The notes under the pieces: generated by a model
What the model saw: the letters and a program-made list of their open reading frames with translations, nothing else
What the model was told of the DNA's origin: nothing
Database searches by the model: none
Position numbers and translations under genes: made by a program
Part shown: in pieces, positions 19,199 to 28,489 of the stretch
How positions within the stretch are numbered: the first letter of the stretch is position 1
How the letters are laid out: the number at the start of each line of letters is the position of its first letter
From: Candidatus Marinacidobacterales bacterium
GTDB lineage: Bacteria > Acidobacteriota > Vicinamibacteria > Marinacidobacterales > SMYC01
Assembly: GCA_965224085.1 (NCBI GenBank)
Contig: CBDCYI010000011.1
Location: 1,344,001-1,408,000, forward strand
Direction of reading: 5' to 3'
DNA length: 64,000 bases

Positions 19199-19978
19199 CT
19201 AATCGTCCGAGCTGTCGTCGTCCGAGCTGTTGTCATCGTTCCGCACGCGCTCGATCACGATCTTGGCTACGGGATCACTCCAGCCATGAACATTAGGAAG
19301 CAGATCGACGCCTCCAATAATTCCAACGTGGGGTATGATGACCCCGTCCTCAACAAGCATAGGGTCACTCATGAACGTTCCCATGTCAGGCGACGAAACG
19401 CCAATGAGTCCCTGGCAGGGTGGCACCATATCTTTGAAGTCTTCTGTGTTCGGCTCCTTTCTAGCGTCATAGGCGACCGAAAAAACAGTCAGCTTTTTCC
19501 TAGGTAGCCTAATGCTGTCGAGACCCGTAAACCCATCATTGGTGCAGATGAGCATGCTTGCAAAGGACAAATACCTAGCGCTTCCGCGAGCTCTAATCAT
19601 GAAAGTCGCTGAGCTATCAAACCCTGTTCCACCCGGGTTATTGGCTGGAACAATGGGGACCGCGCCGTCTACGACATCATGCACAGCAGGATCCCCACCG
19701 AGAGTGGCCAAGAGGGGCATATTGTTTCCGTTTTCTGCGATGGCTTGTATGTCTGTGCTAGCGGCTTCTCCAATAGTGAAAATCCCAGTCGTTGCGCGAT
19801 GAGTTAGTACGACGGGCGGCGTAAACGGCTGCCCCGGCGTGAGATTGGTTATTGTTATTCTGTATTTATCGCCCCCGTCCGTCTTTGCGCGGCCAGGCAC
19901 AAGTAGGATTGAGGCGATACCGACGATGATTAGAGTGGTGACAGTTCTTTGTTTTGGATGCACGAGAAATCTCCCCAT
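19199..19978 (-). CDS. Secreted Spondin_N domain protein
   Basis: YRITITNLT.GQPFTPP...H, AENGN, LSFASMLICTNDGFTG, YDA..E.N; acidic repeated tail DDNSSDDDSSDD; lower GC. Confidence 0.82.
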   Translation of the reverse strand: MGRFLVHPKQRTVTTLIIVGIASILLVPGRAKTDGGDKYRITITNLTPGQPFTPPVVLTHRATTGIFTIGEAASTDIQAIAENGNNMPLLATLGGDPAVHDVVDGAVPIVPANNPGGTGFDSSATFMIRARGSARYLSFASMLICTNDGFTGLDSIRLPRKKLTVFSVAYDARKEPNTEDFKDMVPPCQGLIGVSSPDMGTFMSDPMLVEDGVIIPHVGIIGGVDLLPNVHGWSDPVAKIVIERVRNDDNSSDDDSSDD

Positions 19979-20151
19979 GAAGTAGTCTCAAAAGTTGTCG
20001 AAGTATTACTCAGAATTATCACGAAACAATCACGCTTAGGCCAAAAGATGCCGGGCTCGAGATATGGGATGAGGACGGGCTCGTGCACCGATCCTCCCGA
20101 GGCGACGCCATCGCCCGTCGCCGAACACACTTCGCGTTAATGTGACCTTTC

Positions 20152-21354
20152 GTGCGACAAAGCCCCGTGCAAACAAACCTCGAGTCTGGATTGAGAAAAT
20201 TCCGTTTCACGGTCCTCGTCCGGATGACGGAGATCTACTGGTGCATCAGGAATCTCTTCGCGCGCCAGAGCGGCGCCAAGAGACGAATCCTCCTCATCGG
20301 CTCGTCAAATATGACGGGCAGGTATTTGAAAACGGTTGTCGATATCTATCGGGATGATCCCGATATCACCCTGGCCGCCACGCTGAATCGCAGTTCGATA
20401 AAAAAGGGATATGAAACTGGACCCTTCGCTGAGATCTGTGAAGCTGCTCCGATTAATTGGCTAAAGGCCGTTTTCTGCCATTGGGACTTGATGGTTTTTG
20501 GATCTTTTTCCCCAGCTTTTTACGGAAACCGCGCGTGTCCCAAGGTCTTTCATGGGCATGGCGTCGTCAGTATGAAACCTGCTGTTGGCAGCGAAAACAC
20601 CTTCCCGAATGACATGGTCTTTTTCCGCGGCGAGCCGGTTTTTGACTCCATTCTCGCCGGGGGACCGCTGGCAAAGCTCGAGCTCTCCAAACAGATGCCC
20701 AGAATTGCTCCCACATGCGATATAGCCGGCGACCCGATTGTAGATCGCTTGCTGGAGATGCAGGCCCGCCGGGACGAAATTCGCAAAGAACTTGGTTTCT
20801 CAGAACATGAGAAAGTTATTCTGTCCATGTCAACCTGGGGCCCGAATTCTCTCTTCGGCCATCATGGCAAGGGTCTGATCGATACCTACAGAAGCTTTCC
20901 TGACGAATATAGCTTCATCGTATGTATTCACCCGAACAATTTTTCAAACTATGTAGCGAGGGACATTCAGGAAGCTGCCGATATTGTCTTCAGAGAATCG
21001 GACGAAAGAATTATGGTCATGCATCCGGACCTGCCATGGGAGAAGCAAATGGTTGCCTCCGATGCCGGAATTACCGACCACTCCTCAATCGGCCTGTATT
21101 ATATTCAGCTTTACCGGCCGACTATTCCTGCAATCGTACCGGATTCGGGTATGCCGAAGGAATCGCCCTTTGGAAGGATGCTGGATATCTGCCGGACTTT
21201 TTCCGAGCTCGATCAGGTTGAATCTGCTGTCAATACCGCCCTCGAGGATTTTGATCATGAAAAACTGAAGGAACTGGCCAATCAGGTCATACAACCTCGG
21301 GGAGAGTCCTCCCAGGTGAGAAAAAAGCTTTATGACCGACTCATGAAGCGCTGA
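20152..21354 (+). CDS. CDP-glycerol glycerophosphotransferase-like (TagF-like) protein
   Basis: HGHG, GDP..D.L, STWGPNSLF, HPN, ASDAGITDHSSIGLYY..L.RP; lower GC; start could be 20224. Confidence 0.6.
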   Translation: MRQSPVQTNLESGLRKFRFTVLVRMTEIYWCIRNLFARQSGAKRRILLIGSSNMTGRYLKTVVDIYRDDPDITLAATLNRSSIKKGYETGPFAEICEAAPINWLKAVFCHWDLMVFGSFSPAFYGNRACPKVFHGHGVVSMKPAVGSENTFPNDMVFFRGEPVFDSILAGGPLAKLELSKQMPRIAPTCDIAGDPIVDRLLEMQARRDEIRKELGFSEHEKVILSMSTWGPNSLFGHHGKGLIDTYRSFPDEYSFIVCIHPNNFSNYVARDIQEAADIVFRESDERIMVMHPDLPWEKQMVASDAGITDHSSIGLYYIQLYRPTIPAIVPDSGMPKESPFGRMLDICRTFSELDQVESAVNTALEDFDHEKLKELANQVIQPRGESSQVRKKLYDRLMKR

Positions 21355-21516
21355 TGGTCTTTGACTCCCTTTATCCAGGAGGTGGACGGGCAGCGGATGG
21401 CGGACGGTCGGATACCCGATACGCCATCTAGCGTTGCCGGCGAAACGAACAACTCTGGAAAGCGGTCGATTTCATCTTTACGATAGAGTAGCGCTTCAGA
21501 ACGTTTGGAGGGTCAT

Positions 21517-22515
21517 ATGGGCATTTCAGTAATTAAAAAACGGGTTCCGATCGGGCTCTTCGTGATACTGGTTTCCGCTGCCAGCAGCCTTGCGGGAGGT
21601 GTTCAGAAGGATTCCACTATAGCCGCGTCCGTGGCTGTAACGATCCTCTCTTCCAATTTGGCGAACGGTTCGACCGTTGGAGAGTGGGGATTTTCGGCGT
21701 TGGTGGAAGTTGATGGGCGCTGCGTCCTATTTGACGCTGGGCGGCATCCGGATACCGTACTGAGAAATGCCGAGGCGCTCAACGTTGATCTTTCCTGTGT
21801 GACGGATGTCGTGCTCAGCCACTTCCACTCTGACCACAACACGGGCCTCATACCGATACTCGACGACGTTCGTCCGAACAACCCCGACGCCATGCGTCGC
21901 ATACACGTCGCGCAAGGGTTTTTTCTTCTGCGACGCAGGCCAACAGTGACCGGATACGAGGAACGCAACGTAATGATTGCGACGCGAGTTCCGCTCGAAG
22001 CGGCAGGCGTCGAGTTCATAGAGCACTCGGAGGCTGCGCAGATCTTGCCCGGTGTTTGGGTCACGGGCCCGGTAGAAAGGCCTCATCCCGAAAAGAACTA
22101 CCCTCAGAGGATGCAAGTCAACATGGACGGCGAGTGGATTGAAGACTACGTTCCTGACAGTCAAGGATTGACCGTCGTTACGGCCGAGGGACCCATCGTC
22201 TTGCTCGGTTGCGGCCACTCAGGCGCTGTTAATCTGCTGGAACAGGTGCAATCGTCGATTCAAGACCAGCCGATTCATGCACTCATGGGAGGGATGCATC
22301 TGTTTGGCGCTGATGATCAAACCCTTGGCTGGACCGCAGATCGGTTGCGCGCGATCGGTGTGCAGCATTTGATGGCAGGACATTGCACCGGCGTCGAACC
22401 ACTCTTTCGACTGCGGACCGGTCTCAATCTTAGTCTACGCACAGCCGTCGTCGGAGCCGTGGGATCGCGTTTCGTCTACGGTGAGGGAATCCATCCGACC
22501 GCGATCGCGCAGTAG
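21517..22515 (+). CDS. Exported metallo-beta-lactamase-fold hydrolase
   Basis: Signal peptide; EWGFSALVE, LFDAG, LSHFHSDHNTG (HxHxDH), GCGHSG, GGMHL, HCTG. Confidence 0.88.
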   Translation: MGISVIKKRVPIGLFVILVSAASSLAGGVQKDSTIAASVAVTILSSNLANGSTVGEWGFSALVEVDGRCVLFDAGRHPDTVLRNAEALNVDLSCVTDVVLSHFHSDHNTGLIPILDDVRPNNPDAMRRIHVAQGFFLLRRRPTVTGYEERNVMIATRVPLEAAGVEFIEHSEAAQILPGVWVTGPVERPHPEKNYPQRMQVNMDGEWIEDYVPDSQGLTVVTAEGPIVLLGCGHSGAVNLLEQVQSSIQDQPIHALMGGMHLFGADDQTLGWTADRLRAIGVQHLMAGHCTGVEPLFRLRTGLNLSLRTAVVGAVGSRFVYGEGIHPTAIAQ

Positions 22516-22533
22516 TTTGGCGAAGACGAACTA

Positions 22534-23484
22534 TCAGAACGGAACGAGCTGCTTCGATTCTTCGTCCCACATGACGTTTCTGATCGAAGCAAGACTGCGC
22601 CAGAGGTTTGGCGTCGTGACGTCGCGCCACATTTCCGGACGTGCTTCGCGGTGGCAACGTGCAAGCGCATAACTCGGGACCTTCGTGTTCATGTGATGGA
22701 TGTGATGAAACTGGATCCCGAAGGTGAACCAGGTGAAGGGCCGCGGGATGGGAAGGTAGGTCGAGCCCAATAACGACGCTTCAGTGGGATTCCATTCCGC
22801 TCTTGGCTCGCGATAGCCCCGGTTCACTGCGTGCTGCAGGTGAAACAATATGAGCCCCGCTATGGCACCCAAGTAAACCGCGAACAGGTGCCACCAGGAC
22901 AGTTGCCAGGCGATCAGCAAGTGCACGGCGTGCCCTAGCCAGAGGATCGGGTTGGCGTACTGGATGGGGTATTGGACCCACCACTGAGCCACTGGAGCGA
23001 ACAAGAAAAATACGATCGGATCGCGCAGGATTCGAGCGAGCACGCGTTTGTGCAGCGGGTAGGATTCGTATTTCTGCCGGGTGAAGAAGACGGTGTCCGC
23101 TTCGTCGAAAACGGCGAGGTTGCCGAACCATTTGTGATGGTAAGAATGGTTTCGGCGCCAGAAGTCGACGGGCGTGATGATCCACGCCTGAAGCAAGGTG
23201 GCCAAACGCTCGTTCGCTTCGGTGCGGCGATAGAAGGAATAGTGGATCCCGTCGTGATAGATGATGAAAACGCGCACGATGATACCGGCGTCCAAAATCA
23301 CAGCGAGCACGACTTGATCTACGGCATACAGGGCCAAGGCCACGAGTAAGACGAGAGTCGTCTGCACCAGGACCCACGTTGCCCGCCGGTCGTCTGCCAC
23401 CGCGTACTGCTTGATGTGTGCGCCGATATCGGCGAGAGCGACAGGAGCCGAAGCGTCGCCGCTGGACGAAGCTGGCGTTGTCAT
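22534..23484 (-). CDS. Membrane fatty acid desaturase
   Basis: Three His boxes HDGIH, HSYHH and HHIHH; FHLQH; VPSY.L. Confidence 0.9.
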   Translation of the reverse strand: MTTPASSSGDASAPVALADIGAHIKQYAVADDRRATWVLVQTTLVLLVALALYAVDQVVLAVILDAGIIVRVFIIYHDGIHYSFYRRTEANERLATLLQAWIITPVDFWRRNHSYHHKWFGNLAVFDEADTVFFTRQKYESYPLHKRVLARILRDPIVFFLFAPVAQWWVQYPIQYANPILWLGHAVHLLIAWQLSWWHLFAVYLGAIAGLILFHLQHAVNRGYREPRAEWNPTEASLLGSTYLPIPRPFTWFTFGIQFHHIHHMNTKVPSYALARCHREARPEMWRDVTTPNLWRSLASIRNVMWDEESKQLVPF

Positions 23485-23778
23485 TTACACGCTATCTCGA
23501 ACAGGCCGCGGTCAATTGGGATCGATTCGACGTAGGAAAACAGGCAACGGGGTGCCGGCACACATCCAGAGATGATATCCCTTTGAGCCGCCTGGGGTCT
23601 ACTATTTCATTCGCGCCGAATTCCGAATCCGCGGGCGCGGCGCGCCATCTAGGTTACTCGGTGTGCCGTCTACGCTTGACGGCGGCTACGGTCGCCGGCC
23701 TCTTGGACTTGCTCCCAGCCTCGTCGGATCTTGAGCCTGAGTTTTTGCCGGGCGTCGCGCTCGGCCATGGTCAGGAAG

Positions 23779-24021
23779 CTATAGGACGGCCTTCGTGAGC
23801 TTTTGGAGAAAAGAAATCTCGAGCTGCGTGAGGAACAGGTCGACGCCTCCGTCGGCGCTTCCGGGAAGCGTGATGTCTGACAGCTTTCTGCCAAAGGCCT
23901 GGCGTGCGTGTCGCTCTTCTTCCACGATGAAGTGGTATTCCGACCGCAGGAGCTTTTGTAAGAACGTCAGCTCCGAGTGCGTGAGTCGGATAGTGGCCCG
24001 TCGATTGTTCCCTATCGCCAT
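23779..24021 (-). CDS. Small hypothetical protein with an internally duplicated motif
   Basis: ATG with agagg RBS; LTHSELTFLQKLLR / LTQLEISFLQKLTK; follows the transglutaminase-like gene on the same strand. Confidence 0.55.
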   Translation of the reverse strand: MAIGNNRRATIRLTHSELTFLQKLLRSEYHFIVEEERHARQAFGRKLSDITLPGSADGGVDLFLTQLEISFLQKLTKAVL

Positions 24022-24051
24022 GTTTGCCTCTGTCTTGTCCATTCCCGTTCA

Positions 24052-25074
24052 CTACGCAAGCGGGGCTGACGCAGCTCCGATTTTGTAATAGTTCTGATCG
24101 TCCGGCGTGGGCTCGTACTCGCGGCCGTGCTTTCTCGCCCGCTCGTAGACCTCTTCCTCCGTCGTCCCGAACACCATGAACGGGTGTTTCACGTTGGGAT
24201 GGGTCACATCGACGAGGATCACTCGCTCGCCGACCTTTACCAGGTTCCACGCGTGCCGGCCCTTGAAGATGTAGAAACGAAGATCGCCTTTCACAACCCG
24301 GCACTCGATCCCAGCCTCTTGAAGATAGAGCTGATAAAAGATTGATAGGTGCCTGCAGACGCCCATGCCTTTTTCTAGATATTTCGTGAGCACGATGCTC
24401 TCGTTGCCGAACTCGCGCGAGAGCCTTTCTACGCCCGATTCGTCGAACTCGATGTCGCGCCGCACGCGCGCGTAGTACCAGCCAAGCAACCGCTCGAGAT
24501 TTTCGTTGTCGACGACCCCGCGCCGTTTGCACTCGGAAAGCCGGTCCACGAGGCTCACTTTGTCGACTTTGATCTTCTCCCGGCCCGCGCGCTCCGTCGG
24601 CGATGCGTGGCTTCCCATATCGGTGTAGCCATGCATCAAGTAGTCGGGTAGGCCGCGATACACAACGCCGTCATCGAACCACGATTGACGGTCCATCACG
24701 ATCTCGAGCTCGACCGCCGCTGTGACATAGCGCTCGAGTCGCCCGCGCTCCGTGATCTGGCTCACGGCCTTGTTCATGGCGCGGATACACTGCATCGGCT
24801 CCGTACCCCAGCCAGTGGCGAAACTCATGAGCTCGTCGGCCGCGAGCTCGTGAGCGATGCGTTTGCCCGAGCTCGAATCGAGATAGTATGACTGGCTGAG
24901 ATATTCGGGCGCGTTGAGCGCGACCGAACGCACGAGCGAAGTTTGTTGCGCGCTAAGACGATCCATCAAATCGCGCTTTTCCTTCGAGCCGAGAACTCGC
25001 CGTGTCGGCGAGATGCGCGTGATCGTGGAGCTCGCCGAGGCGTCCGAATTTTTTTCTTTTTCTTCGGCGTCCAT
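24052..25074 (-). CDS. Transglutaminase-like (EDR1/CTR1-type) Cys-His-Asp domain protein
   Basis: GVCRH...GIECRVVKG...HAWNLV...LVDVT. Confidence 0.75.
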   Translation of the reverse strand: MDAEEKEKNSDASASSTITRISPTRRVLGSKEKRDLMDRLSAQQTSLVRSVALNAPEYLSQSYYLDSSSGKRIAHELAADELMSFATGWGTEPMQCIRAMNKAVSQITERGRLERYVTAAVELEIVMDRQSWFDDGVVYRGLPDYLMHGYTDMGSHASPTERAGREKIKVDKVSLVDRLSECKRRGVVDNENLERLLGWYYARVRRDIEFDESGVERLSREFGNESIVLTKYLEKGMGVCRHLSIFYQLYLQEAGIECRVVKGDLRFYIFKGRHAWNLVKVGERVILVDVTHPNVKHPFMVFGTTEEEVYERARKHGREYEPTPDDQNYYKIGAASAPLA

Positions 25075-25103
25075 TGGAATTCGGCGGCTCGAGATGTAAC
25101 CTT

Positions 25104-25619
25104 TCAGAAGTTCAGCACCGACCGGATCTTGTAATCGGCGATGCGCTCACGGCCTTTCAGAAAATCGAGCTCGATGAGGAAGCTGAACGCTTCCACTTTG
25201 CCTCCTACTTTCTCGACTAGGTCCGCCACCCCGCGCGCGGTGCCGCCCGTCGCGAGCACGTCGTCAACGATGACGATGCGCTGTCCCGGCTCGATGGCGT
25301 CCGCGTGCATCTCGAGGGTGTCGCTCCCATATTCGAGATCGTACGACACTTGCACGGTGTAGGCGGGAAGCTTGCCGGGCTTGCGCACCGGAATGTGGCC
25401 TTTGTGTAGCTCGTAGGCGAGCGCAGCAGCGAAGATGAAGCCTCGACTCTCGATCCCGATGAGGGCGTCAAACTCGAGCTCGGCTAAGGGCTCCGCCATG
25501 AAGCTGATGGCTTTGCGGAACGAGGCAGGATCGCGTAGAAGCGGCGTGACGTCCTTGAAGACAATACCCTTTTGCGGGAAGTCGGGCACGTCTCGAATGA
25601 TTCGGCGCAATTGTTCCAC
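25104..25619 (-). CDS. apt: Adenine phosphoribosyltransferase
   Basis: PDFPQKGIVFKDVT, ESRGFIF, RKPGKLP, LEYG, VDDVLATGGT. Confidence 0.96.
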   Translation of the reverse strand: MEQLRRIIRDVPDFPQKGIVFKDVTPLLRDPASFRKAISFMAEPLAELEFDALIGIESRGFIFAAALAYELHKGHIPVRKPGKLPAYTVQVSYDLEYGSDTLEMHADAIEPGQRIVIVDDVLATGGTARGVADLVEKVGGKVEAFSFLIELDFLKGRERIADYKIRSVLNF

Positions 25620-25637
25620 GAAACCCCCTATGAATAA

Positions 25638-25910
25638 TCAGAATCGAACATGAAACCTGGGCATCGCCTCATCCACTTCGACGGCCATCTTCTGAATTTC
25701 CTCGACGCGGGAAGCGCGCGGCCCACGATAGAGCGTTTTGAAAAAAGCCTGAAGCGTCTCGGTATCGGCCTGCGCCAGCACTTCTACGCGCCCATCCTCG
25801 AGATTGCGCGCGTAGCCGCACACGTCCCGAGCATGCGCTTCTCTCTCGATAAACCAGCGGAATCCAACGCCTTGAACGCGACCAGAGATGAGCAGCACGT
25901 AAGCCTCCAC
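25638..25910 (-). CDS. acyP: Acylphosphatase
   Basis: GRVQGVGFRW, GYARNLEDGRVEV, GPRASRV. Confidence 0.92.
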   Translation of the reverse strand: MEAYVLLISGRVQGVGFRWFIEREAHARDVCGYARNLEDGRVEVLAQADTETLQAFFKTLYRGPRASRVEEIQKMAVEVDEAMPRFHVRF

Positions 25911-26034
25911 GCGTCCACTCGGTCTCGCTACTCGATTGTTGTCTTCGGCGCCGGAGGGTCGCTCTCGCCCCAAAAGGCTCGAGCGGCTCTCCCCAACTTT
26001 CTGTATACCCAGTAATTATACCAAGAAACGGAGG

Positions 26035-27255
26035 TCACGCCGCGTCCCAACGCGAGAGCGCGAGCACGGCGTTGAGGCCTCCGAAGGCGAAAGAGTCCGA
26101 GACGGCGTGCCGGATCGCCTTTTCGCGGGCAGTATTCGGGACAACGTCGAGAGGGCATTCGGGATCGGGCCCAAGATAGCCAGCGGTCGGCGGTACGACC
26201 CCGTTCTCGAGCGCGAGCGTGGTCACAACCGCTTCAATCGCCCCGGTCGCCCCCAACGTGTGCCCATGCATGGACTTGGTCGAGCTCACGAGAAGCGCGG
26301 CCGCGTGGTCACCGAAAACAGTTGCGAGGGCCTCCGACTCGGTGGAGTCGTTCAGGAGCGTACCCGTACCGTGCGCGTTCACGTATTCGACCTCGTGAGG
26401 ATTCAGCCCGCCATCTGCCAGTGAAGCCGCGATAGCACGCGCGGCGCCTTTCGCCGAAGGCCGCGTGATGTGGCCAGCATCGGAGGACATGCCGAAGCCG
26501 CGCACTTCCGCGTGGATATGCGCGCCGCGCGCGCGCGCATGCTCGAGCTCTTCGAGGACGAGAGCCGCGCCCCCTTCGCCGAGCAAGAGTCCTTTGCGAT
26601 CCCGCGAGAACGGCCGGCAGAGGTCCGGCGCCATGACGCGCATGGCATCCCACGCTTTCAGGTGGCCGAGGCTGAAAGGCGCTTCGCTTCCCCCTGTGAG
26701 TGCTACGGCCGCCGCGCCGTGAGCAACCATCCAATAGGCCATCCCAATCGCGTGGTTCGACGACGAGCACGCGGTCGAGATCGTCATGCCCGGGCCTTCG
26801 ATGCCGAGCTCCATCGACGCTTGGCTCGCTCCCGAGCTCGACATGATGCGCGGGACCGCGAAAGGGGTAAAACGGCGCTTGTTCTCGCGATAGAGCGCAA
26901 CGAAGAGCTCGTCCTGGGTCGTCTGCCCCGCGAGCGCCGTTCCGGTGATGACCGCGGCATCCTCGAGGTCTTTCGACGCGATCCCGCTCGCCTCCACCGC
27001 TTGTCGCGAGGCAAGAAGCCACAGCCGGGCAAAGCGATCCAGGAGCGACTTCACGGAGTCGTCGAACGGGGTCTCCAAGTCCAAATCGCGCACCTCGGCG
27101 CCGATGTGGAACTGGAGGGTTGATGTATCCGCAAGCTCGATCTCGCGAAAGCCGTGCTGTCCAGCGCACAAAGATTCCCAAAACGTTTTCAAGTCGTTCC
27201 CGATCGCGGAAACGACACCGAGACCGGTGACAACGACGCGGTGGGGTGCTCGCAT
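26035..27255 (-). CDS. Beta-ketoacyl-ACP synthase (FabF/NodE-like)
   Basis: VVVTGLG, TACSSS, NAHGTGT, KSMHGHTLGA, SFAFGGLNA; KAWDAMRVMAPDLCRPFS segment is NodE-like. Confidence 0.9.
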   Translation of the reverse strand: MRAPHRVVVTGLGVVSAIGNDLKTFWESLCAGQHGFREIELADTSTLQFHIGAEVRDLDLETPFDDSVKSLLDRFARLWLLASRQAVEASGIASKDLEDAAVITGTALAGQTTQDELFVALYRENKRRFTPFAVPRIMSSSGASQASMELGIEGPGMTISTACSSSNHAIGMAYWMVAHGAAAVALTGGSEAPFSLGHLKAWDAMRVMAPDLCRPFSRDRKGLLLGEGGAALVLEELEHARARGAHIHAEVRGFGMSSDAGHITRPSAKGAARAIAASLADGGLNPHEVEYVNAHGTGTLLNDSTESEALATVFGDHAAALLVSSTKSMHGHTLGATGAIEAVVTTLALENGVVPPTAGYLGPDPECPLDVVPNTAREKAIRHAVSDSFAFGGLNAVLALSRWDAA

Positions 27256-27274
27256 TCTTTTTTCAGACGATTTT

Positions 27275-27523
27275 TCAGGATTTCTTCGCGAGGAGAGGCT
27301 CGACGACAGCGATCACGTCGCTCACCTTCGTGATCTCTCGGGCATCATCATCGGGAATGACGATCTCGAGCTCTTCTTCGAGCTCCCAGAGAAGCTCCAA
27401 TCCGTTCAGAGAGTCGACCCCGAGCTCCTCGAACGTGCTGTCCACGTTGACTTTGTCGGGCGTTGTCTTTTGCATCTTCGCAATGCGCGCAATAACCTGC
27501 GTGGCGAGCTGTGCTCGATCCAT
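27275..27523 (-). CDS. Acyl carrier protein
   Basis: LGVDSL phosphopantetheine site, acidic, 82 aa, directly upstream of the KAS gene. Confidence 0.88.
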   Translation of the reverse strand: MDRAQLATQVIARIAKMQKTTPDKVNVDSTFEELGVDSLNGLELLWELEEELEIVIPDDDAREITKVSDVIAVVEPLLAKKS

Positions 27524-27577
27524 AGGGCCAAAAGTCTACCACAGCGTCGATCTCGGATCGGTTAAACTCGCGCCCCC

Positions 27578-28486
27578 ATGCACGCTTTGTGGGTTTTTCT
27601 CGCCTTCGGGGCCGGGCTTTTCCAAAGCGCCCGGAACGGTCTCGCGAGAAGCCTTTCCAGCGTGATCTCCCCGGCGCTGAACAGCTGGTGCCGCTTTGCC
27701 TTCAATCTGCCCTTCTCGACGGCGCTTGTCGCTGTACTCCTCGCCACGCACGGCATGCTCCAGGTCTCACCGCTCTATTTCATGCTCTGCCTCGGAACAG
27801 CCGTTACGCAGCTCCTCGGAAACGTCGCTCTCATCGCCGCTTTCCGGCACACGAGCTTCGCTCAGGCCATCGTGCTTCACAAGCTCGAGATCGTCTTCAC
27901 CGCGATCATCGGCGCGCTGATTTTCTCCGAGCTCCCGACACCGTTCGGATGGATCGGCGTCCTTCTGAGCGCCGCAGGCGTCGTCTTCATCCAGCTCGCG
28001 CGGGTGCCAGAAAAACGCCGTGTCTTCCACCGGGACCTGGGCTCTTTGTTGGCCATCCTCGCCGGGATTCTCATCGTCTTCGCGAGCTTTCTTCTCAAAG
28101 AAGCCAACCACGTGCTCGTCGAGCTCAACTCCCGGGTCGGCGAGAGCCGTTTCGAAGTCGCGGGCCACACCCTCTTTCACGTCACCTGGATGGAAGTCGT
28201 GTTGCTCACGCTTTGGCTGCGTCTTCGGCGCCCGGGTGAGCTGTCTCGCGTCCCGACACATTTTCGTCGCATGCTGCTCATCGGCTTTTTCGGCTTCGTG
28301 GGAAGCCTCGGCTGGTTCTGGGTCTACTCGCTCACGCTCGTCGCCTACGTGAAAGCCGTCGGCCAAGTCGAAGCTATCGCGGCCGTCTTCTTGTCGCTGC
28401 TCATTTGGAAGGAGCGTGAAGTGCTGCCCCAGCTTCCAGGGATGGCGCTCGTAGTGCTCGGTATCGTGCTCGTCCTCCTTGGATAG
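27578..28486 (+). CDS. DMT/EamA family transporter
   Basis: About 10 TM segments, C-terminal YVKAVGQVE. Confidence 0.8.
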   Translation: MHALWVFLAFGAGLFQSARNGLARSLSSVISPALNSWCRFAFNLPFSTALVAVLLATHGMLQVSPLYFMLCLGTAVTQLLGNVALIAAFRHTSFAQAIVLHKLEIVFTAIIGALIFSELPTPFGWIGVLLSAAGVVFIQLARVPEKRRVFHRDLGSLLAILAGILIVFASFLLKEANHVLVELNSRVGESRFEVAGHTLFHVTWMEVVLLTLWLRLRRPGELSRVPTHFRRMLLIGFFGFVGSLGWFWVYSLTLVAYVKAVGQVEAIAAVFLSLLIWKEREVLPQLPGMALVVLGIVLVLLG

Positions 28487-28489
28487 ACG

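Noticed and set aside
23670-23768. Short ORF MAERDARQKLRLKIRRGWEQ resembling a ParD antitoxin tail
   Set aside because: Too short, no partner toxin seen, resemblance is only impressionistic
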